DNA from: Nitrospinales bacterium
Lineage (GTDB): Bacteria > Nitrospinota > Nitrospinia > Nitrospinales > VA-1
DNA length: 64,000 nucleotides
Direction: 5' to 3'
Assembly (NCBI GenBank): GCA_965262115.1
Contig: OZ253496.1
Coordinates: 2,144,001 to 2,208,000 of the forward strand
The position numbers and the translations under genes were made by a program. The notes below the pieces were generated by a model, which made no database searches, was not told where the DNA came from, and saw nothing but the letters and a program-made list of their open reading frames with translations. Below are positions 28,770 through 37,566 of the stretch, piece by piece (within the stretch, counting starts at the first letter, position 1; each line of letters begins with the position of its first letter).

Positions 28770-29687
28770 ATGTTTCGATTATTTGGCGAAAAAAAGGAAG
28801 AACCTCAGGTGAAGGTTCTGGCGCGAGAAAAAACTCGATATAACGATATTTATGTCATCCAGAATGGGGAGCACCGCGAGCTTTGGTTTAAGGGCTAGGG
28901 TGAATATTTCCTGCAAAGCCGGGTGGACACCCAGGGGCAAAATCCTCTTGCTCTGGTGTACTCGCGCATGATGATGGTTTCCCTGTTATTTTCACCGTAG
29001 CCCGAAAGAATGCTCATGGTGGGTTTAGGCGGGGCTGCAGTCAGCAATTGTCTTGCCCAATGGTTCCCTAAATTAAAAATAGATATTGTGGAGGTGGATG
29101 GGAAGGTTATTGATGTGTCCAAAAAATATTTTTCCCTGCATGAGTCGAGCTGCTGCCGTGTGTTTGAAGAAGACGGGAGGGTGTTCATCCAGAAGCGAAG
29201 GGGCCAGGAACCTTATGACTGGATCATTCTGGACGCGTTTAAAAGCGGGTCGATCCCCTATCATTTGAAGACTTGCGAGTTTTATAAAGAAATTAGCGCG
29301 GTGTTGAAGCCCGGCGGGGTGGTGGGCTCAAATCTTTATGGCAAGGGCAACAGCCTGAAACCCAGGGATATTCAAACTTTTCTTTCGGTATTTCCTCAGA
29401 TCTATTGCTTTGAAGATGATGACCAGATCGCGACGGTACTCATCGCGACGGATGGCGAACGCTGGAGCGAAGAAAAAATCCTGGACCGGGCCTTAACACA
29501 CCGAAAACTGCCGCAACCTTTTTCCATGGAAGATATTGCGAAAGCATACCGGCCCGGGAAATTCCTGGAAGATTCGGTCTCAACATTCAAAGACCATTTC
29601 TCAGGAAACGGATTCCTGCACGATGTGGAGCGGGAAAATCTGCAAAGTTCCAAAGACCGCCGCTATCCCATCATTAACGTTTATTAA
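28770..29687 (+). pseudogene. Spermidine-synthase-like SAM-binding protein interrupted by two in-frame TAG codons (28896, 28998)
   Basis: Single frame from ATG 28770; LMVGLGGA, DIVEVD, EDGR, ILDAF. Confidence 0.75.
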
Positions 29688-29692
29688 AAGCG

Positions 29693-30910
29693 GGTGGATT
29701 CAACTAGTAAGTGCAACAGTTAGTAAAGTTTGTTTTTTGAAGAATAGTTCACAGGGTGTTTTAAAGTCGAGTGTTTTTCTGGGTCGATGATTGAGTTGAT
29801 CCATGATGGTGCCCAGTTTCTTGTGGGTGATGTTATTCAGGGGCGGTGATTTTGGTAAATATTGTCGAATGAGTCCATGGGTGTTTTCGTTCAGGCCCCG
29901 TTCCCAAGGAGACCTTTGCATAACCCGAGATTCTTCGTCACCTTGTTTCTCAGAATGACAAAATGGCCCAGTATTGTCATGCTGAGCTTGTCGAAGCATC
30001 TAGATTCTTCGATTTTTCGACTTATGCAAAGGTCTCGTTCCCAAGAAGCATAAGGATGGGCAAAGTAGATATTAGCCGACAGGGATTGCGCCATTTTCTG
30101 GTGTTCGGCAAACTCCAGCCCGTTGTCACAGGTGATTGTGTGAACCCTGTTTCTATGAGGCCTAAGTCCTTGTTCGAGGGTTTGGCGTACCGACCGGGCT
30201 TGTTGGGTGTTCGATTTGGCCAGAACCGTATATTTGGTTTTGCGTTCTACAAGGGTGGCGATGACCCCCCGGTGTCCGTTGCCAATGATGAGATCGCCTT
30301 CCCAGTCACCGATCCTGGACTTGTTGTTAACGATAGCCGGGCGTTTATCAATGCTGATGCGGTTGGGAATGCGTCCCCGGCGATCTTGTTTACCATAACG
30401 TTTGCGGCGTTTTTTCTGGCAACGCAGGTGATTATGAAGATCACCGCCTTGTTGTTTGTTCTGGTAAATATAGAGGTAAATGCGTTCGTGACTGATCGAA
30501 ATGCCTTGTTCTTTGAACAAACGGCCTGAGATCTGTTCCGGGCTCCAGTCTTGTTTGATCAGGGAGTCCACCATGGTCCAGGTAGAAAAACCGATGCGCG
30601 GTACGGATTTGATTAAACGGCGCATCACAGCCCTCTCCTGGGCTTGTTTTGGCCGGTAACCACGGCGACCTCGATTACGTCTGATCTCACGGCTGATCGT
30701 TGATTTATGGACGGTAAGTACTTTGGCTATCATTGTTTGGTTATGACCCGTTTTTAAGAGTGCTTCAATCTGGTATCGTTGTCCTTGGGTAAGTTGGGCA
30801 TAAACTCTCATCCGCGCTCCTTTGATTTGGCGATTTGAGAAACGCTGTGGAGTTTATCCCAGCTTGCCTCTTAATCAACCATAAAAGTTGTACTTACAAC
30901 TTGAACTCAA
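29693..30910 (-). mobile_element. IS30-family element; transposase 30811-29700 disrupted by a MITE
   Basis: HKSTISREIRRN, GDWEGDLIIG, ITCDNGLEF, WERGLNEN..LIRQYLPK; imperfect terminal IRs GGATTCAACTAGTAAGTGCAAC / GTTGTACTTACAACTTGAACTC; ends approximate. Confidence 0.9.
29909..30036. mobile_element. 128-bp MITE with 15-bp perfect TIRs and a 9-bp target site duplication
   Basis: GAGACCTTTGCATAA...TTATGCAAAGGTCTC flanked by GTTCCCAAG at 29900-29908 and 30037-30045. Confidence 0.92.
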
Positions 30911-30939
30911 GACCATTTAAATCACGAAAAATATTTTTT

Positions 30940-31959
30940 ATGAATTACGATCTGGTAGGGATAGGAAACGCGTTGGTTGATATTGAAGTTCAGGTTGATG
31001 ATGCTTTTATAGAAGAAATATCGGTGACCAAAGGGGGTATGACCCTTTCTTCTGCGAGCGATCAGGAAAAAGTTTTAAATGCCCTACAGTCAAAGCCACG
31101 CAAACTTTCTTCCGGAGGGTCCGCCGCCAACACCATTCATGGCGCCAGTGTTCTGGGGGCCAAATCCTATTACCTGGGCCGTGTGGCCAACGATGATAAT
31201 GGGAAACATTACACAGAAGACATGCGCTCCTGCGAGGTTGGGTTCAGCGGGCCCGGATCCGATGATGAAGGTACCGGCACCTGCGTGATCCTCATCACTC
31301 CTGATGCCGAGCGCACGATGCTGACGAACCTCGGTGTCTCTTCAATGCTTCATCCCGACAACGTCGATGAAACCATCATCCGGGATGCCAAGGCGGTTTA
31401 TGTGGAAGGCTATTTGTGGACCGGGGACGAAACCCGCGAAGCCGGACTCCATATGGCAAAGCTCGCTAAACAACAGAACATTCCGGTCGCCTTCACTTTG
31501 AGTGATGCGTTTGTGGTCAATACTTTCAAAGACAGTCTGCGGGACTTCATCCAATGGAACGTTGATATTCTATTTTGTAATGAGGTGGAAGCTCAGGCCA
31601 TGACGGGTGAAACCGATTCGAGAAGGGCGTTCGACAAACTACTGGCATGGGTGGACACCCTGTTTTTGACCTTGGGCTCCAAGGGATCGCTGGCCGGGAA
31701 AAGTGGTCATGAGCCGGTGCAGGTCGGCACCTTTCCCGTCGAAGCGGTGGATACCACCGGGGCCGGAGATCTTTTTGCCGCCGGAGCACTTTATGGTTTG
31801 ATCAATGATCGGTCATTGAAGGACTCGGCCATCCTCGGCTCCTATTGTGCGGCGCAGGTAGTTTCCCATATGGGAGGACGGTTGCCGACCCATTCCTACA
31901 CGCGGATAGAAAGTATTCTCACTGAATACCGCAAACATCATCCTTACAGTCCTGCCTGA
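30940..31959 (+). CDS. PfkB-family kinase (adenosine kinase-like)
   Basis: GIGNALVD, GGSAANT, VDTTGAGDLFAAG. Confidence 0.9.
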   Translation: MNYDLVGIGNALVDIEVQVDDAFIEEISVTKGGMTLSSASDQEKVLNALQSKPRKLSSGGSAANTIHGASVLGAKSYYLGRVANDDNGKHYTEDMRSCEVGFSGPGSDDEGTGTCVILITPDAERTMLTNLGVSSMLHPDNVDETIIRDAKAVYVEGYLWTGDETREAGLHMAKLAKQQNIPVAFTLSDAFVVNTFKDSLRDFIQWNVDILFCNEVEAQAMTGETDSRRAFDKLLAWVDTLFLTLGSKGSLAGKSGHEPVQVGTFPVEAVDTTGAGDLFAAGALYGLINDRSLKDSAILGSYCAAQVVSHMGGRLPTHSYTRIESILTEYRKHHPYSPA

Positions 31960-32080
31960 TGCTGTGTCCTGATCTGCGTTTTGGTTTTCTCGGCAGTTAT
32001 CAAAATTATACTTTCGACTGAAGGTTTGTTACACTCTCCTTAACCAAATTTAAGATTTAATCCAAACAAAGGAGGAACCC

Positions 32081-32380
32081 ATGAAACTGACGCGCTTTCT
32101 CCTCCTGGCCCTTTGTACGCTTGTGGTTGGTTGTGGTACGGTCGGGAAAGATTTTGATGGCTCCAAGGTTAAAAAAATTCAAAATAATGTAACGACCCAG
32201 ATTGAAATTCTCGACTGGTTTGGCGTGCCCTACAAAGAAGGCACCGAAAACAAACACACCATGTGGACTTATCAACTCGATACCTGGCAGGCTATCGGTG
32301 AAGGGCAGTCAAAGGGGTTGGTCATCTTGTTTAACGACAAAAACATCGTCAAAGCCTATCGTTACGAATCAAACTATTAG
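32081..32380 (+). CDS. Small lipoprotein (SmpA/OmlA-like)
   Basis: Lipobox VVGC, GGAGG RBS, FGVP...WTY. Confidence 0.75.
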   Translation: MKLTRFLLLALCTLVVGCGTVGKDFDGSKVKKIQNNVTTQIEILDWFGVPYKEGTENKHTMWTYQLDTWQAIGEGQSKGLVILFNDKNIVKAYRYESNY

Positions 32381-32460
32381 CCGCTAGGCCAGTGTGCAAA
32401 ACTTTATTTGGCTAGCAAAAGGTATAGGCGGCTTTAAATGCTCTTGCCCAGTTCTCATCA

Positions 32461-32623
32461 AGAGCTTCGCATAATCCTGGATTCTTCGTCACTTTGTTCC
32501 CCAGAATGACAAGCAGACTAGGAGCCGACGATGGCCGAGTCCACCAATGACCGATCATTGATCAAATCATAAAGGGCTCCAGCGGCAAATTGTCATGTCA
32601 TTCTGAAGGGAGTGAAGAATCTC
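32461..32623. repeat. Degenerate MITE-related palindromic element
   Basis: GCATAATCCTGGATTCTTCGTCACTTTGTTCCCCAGAATGACAA resembles 29918-29961; inverted half GTCATTCTGAAG...GAAGAATCTC. Confidence 0.65.
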
Positions 32624-32651
32624 GTTCCTACCGGGCGTGGCCCGGCGGCCA

Positions 32652-33299
32652 GTGAAACGAAAAATCTCTCTCATTGTCTACGATTTTGACGGCACTCTGG
32701 TCGATACCCTTTTCGACATTGCCGATGCTGTCAACCTTGCCTTGAATGAACTCGGGTTGAGAACCCTGGGCCGTGAAACGATTCGCAAATATGTTGGCAG
32801 GGGAGTCGAAAAGTTGATGGCCCAGTCGACAAACGGAACGGGGTATACCGACCTTCCTCCGGCTGTGGAGCTGTTCCGCAAGCATTACTCGGATAATTTG
32901 ATGAACCATACCCGGTTTTATCCTTCCGGGCGCGAAATACTCGATCATTTCCGCGACAAAAAGCAGGCCATCTGTTCCAACAAACCGGAAGAGCTTGTAC
33001 GGCGCATACTGCAATCCCTGGAAAGCCTGGATTCCTTCGATGCCATTCTTGGCGGTGACAGCTTGAAATCCAAAAAACCCGACCCGGAGGGACTGCTCTA
33101 CTTGCTCGACCGGTTTCAATGTTCTCCGGAACAGGCGGTGCTGATCGGCGATAGCCCGGTGGATATTGAAACCGGTAAACGCGCCGGGGTTCACACCTGT
33201 GTGGTCAACTTTGGATTTGGGGACCCGAAAGAGATTGCCTTGGTCGAACCCGATTGTTCCATCGACCACCTTTCAGAACTCAAGGACCTATTTCATTAA
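32652..33299 (+). CDS. HAD hydrolase (phosphoglycolate phosphatase-like)
   Basis: DFDGTLVD, SNK, KKPDP, IGDSPVD. Confidence 0.88.
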   Translation: MKRKISLIVYDFDGTLVDTLFDIADAVNLALNELGLRTLGRETIRKYVGRGVEKLMAQSTNGTGYTDLPPAVELFRKHYSDNLMNHTRFYPSGREILDHFRDKKQAICSNKPEELVRRILQSLESLDSFDAILGGDSLKSKKPDPEGLLYLLDRFQCSPEQAVLIGDSPVDIETGKRAGVHTCVVNFGFGDPKEIALVEPDCSIDHLSELKDLFH

Positions 33300-33385
33300 C
33301 CAGCGAAGAATCGAAGCGGTTCCGGCAGGCCCACATCCCATCCTGTTGACTTTGTCGAGGGGTGTATCTACAATGCCTCATTTCT

Positions 33386-34780
33386 ATGGAAGATATTAAA
33401 AACATTTATCTTATAGCGATCTGTGGCACCGGCATGGCGGCGTTGGCGGGATTGTTGAAAGGTGCCGGTTATCGTGTGTCTGGGTCCGATGCCAATGTCT
33501 ATCCGCCGATGAGCACGCTTCTTAAAAATGCCGGAATTCCGGTTCTGCCCGGATACCGAAAAGAAAATATCACAGGCGATATCGATCTGGTCATTGTCGG
33601 CAATGCGGTTTCCAAAACCAACGAAGAAGTGCAGGCTGTTCTGGAAGCCGGGTTGGATTACACATCTTTTCCTGAGGCCATTGCGCGTTTTTTTCTGGGC
33701 GGTCGAAAATCCCTTGTGGTGACCGGGACGCATGGCAAAACCACCACCACAGCACTTTTAAGTTGGGTGCTCCAGGCATCTGGAAGAAAACCCGGTTTCA
33801 TGGTGGGCGGCTGGTTGAAAAATTTCGACAACAACCATCAGGTTCCTGATGGAGATTATTTTGTAACGGAAGGTGATGAGTACGACAGCGCTTTCTTCGA
33901 TAAGGGACCCAAGTTCCTGCATTATCGTCCTGACGCTTCGATTCTGACGGGCGTTGAGTTTGACCACGCCGACATTTTTAACGATCTGGAGCAGATTAAA
34001 GACGCTTTCCGCAAGTATGTGAGCCTGATTCGGCCCGATGGGGTTATACTGGTCAACCACGCCGACGCAAATATTGAGGATGTATTGGGAGAGGCCGTTT
34101 GCAAGGTCGAGACCTACGGCTATTTGGATGGAGCGGATTGGCGGATCAAAGATTACCGGTTTGAGGCTGGGTGCGGTCATTTTTCCCTGTCTTATCGGGA
34201 TGAAAAAAAAACAGAGTTTCAGTTGGCCATGATTGGCCGGCATAATGTGGAAAATGCGGCGGCGGTGGCGGCCCTTTGTCTGCGGTTGGGCCTGACGGCT
34301 GATGAAATAAACTCTGCCTTTAAAACTTTTCAAGGTATCAAACGGCGGCAAGAGGTGGTCGGGGTTAAAAACGGTATAACGGTGCTGGACGATTTCGCCC
34401 ATCACCCGACGGCCATTCGCTTAACGTTAGAAGCGGTGAAAGAGGCCTATCCGGGGCAAAGGTTGTGGGCTGTGTTTGAACCCCGGTCGGCCACTTCAAG
34501 GCGAAAGGTGTTTGAACAGGATTTTCCAGATAGTTTCCTCGCTGCCGACCGGGTTATTATTGCCGGTTTGTTTGCGCCTGAAAAAATCAGCGAGGAAGAA
34601 AGGCTGGACCCGGAACAGGTCGTGACCTGTTTACGGCAAAAAGGAACGGATGCCCATTTCATTGAGGAAGTGGATGACATTGTCGCCTTTATGGCTGAAA
34701 ATGCTGAAAGCGGCGATGTAGTGCTGGTCATGTCATCAGGCGGGTTCGGTGGCATCCACCAGAAGATTCTGGATCGATAA
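33386..34780 (+). CDS. mpl: Murein peptide ligase (UDP-MurNAc:tripeptide ligase)
   Basis: ICGTGM, GSDANVYPPMS, GTHGKTTT, EGDEYDSAFFDK, DDFAHHPTAI. Confidence 0.92.
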   Translation: MEDIKNIYLIAICGTGMAALAGLLKGAGYRVSGSDANVYPPMSTLLKNAGIPVLPGYRKENITGDIDLVIVGNAVSKTNEEVQAVLEAGLDYTSFPEAIARFFLGGRKSLVVTGTHGKTTTTALLSWVLQASGRKPGFMVGGWLKNFDNNHQVPDGDYFVTEGDEYDSAFFDKGPKFLHYRPDASILTGVEFDHADIFNDLEQIKDAFRKYVSLIRPDGVILVNHADANIEDVLGEAVCKVETYGYLDGADWRIKDYRFEAGCGHFSLSYRDEKKTEFQLAMIGRHNVENAAAVAALCLRLGLTADEINSAFKTFQGIKRRQEVVGVKNGITVLDDFAHHPTAIRLTLEAVKEAYPGQRLWAVFEPRSATSRRKVFEQDFPDSFLAADRVIIAGLFAPEKISEEERLDPEQVVTCLRQKGTDAHFIEEVDDIVAFMAENAESGDVVLVMSSGGFGGIHQKILDR

Positions 34781-35913
34781 TGGCTATGGATAAAATTTAT
34801 CACGGACAAATAAAACTTGGATTGATCCAGAGAGGGCTTACGGTTCCGAGTATTTTGCAGGGACTTTCTGAGGTCGCGGGTGGACTCTGTTCCGGTGAGC
34901 CGGGCGAGGAGATCACTCTGGCTCTGGCGGAAGACTTCATCGTCAAGGCCAACCTGAATGCACCGGGAAAGGACGGGCCAAAACTGGTCTGCCACGAAGA
35001 CCGCTTGCGGCTCCATATGAGTGAAGGGGAGATTGATGTCGGCATCATCACGATTCCGGAATTTCTCAAACAGCAGTTGAAGCAGCGCACCCCGGTTTCT
35101 GAAAATATTTGTCTCGATGGCTATTGTCTGAACATTTTTCTCCGCGCCATCGGTCGGGGCAAAAAACTGAGCATGCCGGTCGAAGCCATTCTTTCTGTCA
35201 TCCAGTCGGCTTTCGAAGAAGGGGCCGCAGATCTGGTACAACTGAATATGGACTTCTGCGAAGAGGCCGACCGGGGATTCAACCGGCTGGCACCGTTGGT
35301 GGAGGCGATCAAAAAACGTTTTAACACTTTTGTTGCGTTGAAAGGTTTCCCGCCTTCGAATTCGAGCACCATTAACCTCATGTATGCGTCTGGTTTTGAT
35401 ATCATTGATTTTCCATTGGGTGGTTTTTCCGGAACGGTCAAGTCGAAAAAAAAGATGACGGCAAAACAGGTTCATTCTGCCTTGGAATATGCCGCAGGAG
35501 TTTTCCCATCTGGCACAGTTTGGACAGATCTGGTTCTGGGGCCGGAACCCCTTTCGCGATTTAAGGAAGGTGTTGATAGGCTGGCCGACTCGGGGATCAT
35601 TCCTTTAATCTATCTGCAACGTGGCAGTAGCGAAAAGCCGGATAAATATCGTGATCTGGTAGAACTGGCGGAACATATGGACAAGGCGATTCAACGCAAC
35701 CGCCTGCCATTAAAATGGTTGTATCCGACATGCCGTTTTCTGAGTCCGCTCGACACCCGGTTTTTTACTGGAGACCCGCTTCAGGCAAAACTTGCAGTGA
35801 CACCGGTTTATCGATCGGGACTGGAAAGAAAAACTTCGGCAGGGTTCGCCGCGCTCAGGCGCAAACTGCGCATCCGCAGCGTCAGCGACTCTTTCGAGTC
35901 TGCGGGGCTTTAA
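34780..35913 (+). CDS. Hypothetical protein, possibly a degenerate radical-SAM-like barrel
   Basis: 377-aa ORF coupled to mpl (TAATG overlap); no CxxxCxxC. Confidence 0.6.
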   Translation: MAMDKIYHGQIKLGLIQRGLTVPSILQGLSEVAGGLCSGEPGEEITLALAEDFIVKANLNAPGKDGPKLVCHEDRLRLHMSEGEIDVGIITIPEFLKQQLKQRTPVSENICLDGYCLNIFLRAIGRGKKLSMPVEAILSVIQSAFEEGAADLVQLNMDFCEEADRGFNRLAPLVEAIKKRFNTFVALKGFPPSNSSTINLMYASGFDIIDFPLGGFSGTVKSKKKMTAKQVHSALEYAAGVFPSGTVWTDLVLGPEPLSRFKEGVDRLADSGIIPLIYLQRGSSEKPDKYRDLVELAEHMDKAIQRNRLPLKWLYPTCRFLSPLDTRFFTGDPLQAKLAVTPVYRSGLERKTSAGFAALRRKLRIRSVSDSFESAGL

Positions 35914-36016
35914 CCACTAGCCGTGGGGGCAGTGGGTAAATAGTTTGTGAGGCCGAGAAAACGTTTGTGTGTAGACAACGATATTGCAATTTGCCAGCGG
36001 CGGCTCGCCGCATGAC

Positions 36017-36913
36017 ATGGACACTCAAGTAAAAAAAACTGATAAGAGAATTATTCCGGAAGTGCCTTTGAAAAACCTGGAGACATTATGGTTGCAGGTT
36101 GGAGGCACGCTCTGCAATCTTGAATGCACTCATTGTTTTATCAGTTGCGGACCGAAGAACGACACCATCGCCATGATGACTCTGGCCCAGGTTAAAGAAA
36201 GACTGGAAGAATCCAAAACCCTGGGGGTGAAAGACTATTACATCACCGGCGGTGAAGTATTTATCAATCCGGAGATTTTTGAAATTCTTGCTTTGATTCT
36301 CGACTATGGGCCTCTCGACGTTCTAACCAATGGAACACAGATCACCGCGGAGGAGGCTCAGCGGTTGAGAGGGATTCAGGACGCTTCCCATCATCCCTTG
36401 CGTTTCAGGGTGAGTATGGAAAATTTTGAGGAAGCGGCCAACGATGCCATACGTGGAAAAGGAGCTTACCGAAAAGCGGTGACTGGAATCAAGCACCTCG
36501 TCGAGGCCGGGTTTTCGCCGATACTCACCATCACGCGATCCTGGGAAGAGGAGCAGGACGCGGAAATGGAATTGCAGTTTATTGAATTTATCCGCTCTAA
36601 CCGGGTTTCCCAGCCGAAAATCAAGATATTGCCGGGTTTTATGCTGGGGCAGTTGGCTAAGAATGAACGCGGCTATAATGATGAAGAACGGGTGACGCAA
36701 GCATGTTTCGAAAATTTTGATATCACCCAGCTCCAGTGCGCAACGTCGCGCATGGCGACTGGCGAAGGCGTTTACGTCTGTCCGATTCTCGTTGATAACC
36801 CGAAGGCCCGCATGGGAAACAATATTGAGGAGACCCTGCGCCCCTTTCCCTTGTCACACTCTGCCTGTTATACCTGCCGCGTTACGGGAATGACCTGCAA
36901 GTCGTCCACTTGA
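36017..36913 (+). CDS. Radical SAM protein
   Basis: CNLECTHC, ITGGE, LTNG; extra C-terminal cysteines. Confidence 0.9.
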   Translation: MDTQVKKTDKRIIPEVPLKNLETLWLQVGGTLCNLECTHCFISCGPKNDTIAMMTLAQVKERLEESKTLGVKDYYITGGEVFINPEIFEILALILDYGPLDVLTNGTQITAEEAQRLRGIQDASHHPLRFRVSMENFEEAANDAIRGKGAYRKAVTGIKHLVEAGFSPILTITRSWEEEQDAEMELQFIEFIRSNRVSQPKIKILPGFMLGQLAKNERGYNDEERVTQACFENFDITQLQCATSRMATGEGVYVCPILVDNPKARMGNNIEETLRPFPLSHSACYTCRVTGMTCKSST

Positions 36914-37002
36914 AAAACTTTATATTGAGCCGGTCCCGAAAGGCTGGTAGCATACCCCATCAATCCTTTTTAAAAGACGCTCATTGTCTTCAATAATTCA
37001 CA

Positions 37003-37557
37003 ATGGCTTTAATGCATTCCATCATGGTTCCTTTGGGAACCCCGGCTGCCGGTTTCCAGCTTCCCGGAGTTGATGAGAAGGAATATTCTCTGGAAAGTTT
37101 TTCGGATAAAAATATTCTGGTGGTCATTTTCATGTGCAACCATTGTCCTTATGTCAAGGCAGTGCTTAAGCGGTTGATTGATTTGCAGGCCGAGACAGGG
37201 CATCAGGGAGTCCAGTTAGTTGGCATCAATTCCAATGATGCTGAACGCTACCTCGATGACTCTTTGGAAAACATGAAGAAGGCCACCAAGGAGAAGGGCA
37301 TAAATTTCCCCTATTTGTTCGATGCTTCGCAGGAGACGGCCAGGGCTTATGATGCGGTGTGCACACCTGATATTTATGTTTATGGTCCGGAACGAAAACT
37401 TTTATACCGGGGCAGAATTGATGACAGCTGGGAGCATGAAGAAAAAGTGACCCAGAGAAATTTAAAAGAGGCTCTGGATTGTATTGTTGCCGGGAAAGAA
37501 GTTCCGACCGAGCAGATATCCTCAATGGGTTGTTCCATAAAATGGAAGGAAAATTAA
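37003..37557 (+). CDS. Thioredoxin-fold (AhpC/TSA-like) protein
   Basis: CNHCPYV, AVCTPD, YRGRIDD, GCSIKW. Confidence 0.9.
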   Translation: MALMHSIMVPLGTPAAGFQLPGVDEKEYSLESFSDKNILVVIFMCNHCPYVKAVLKRLIDLQAETGHQGVQLVGINSNDAERYLDDSLENMKKATKEKGINFPYLFDASQETARAYDAVCTPDIYVYGPERKLLYRGRIDDSWEHEEKVTQRNLKEALDCIVAGKEVPTEQISSMGCSIKWKEN

Positions 37558-37566
37558 GGGTAAACG

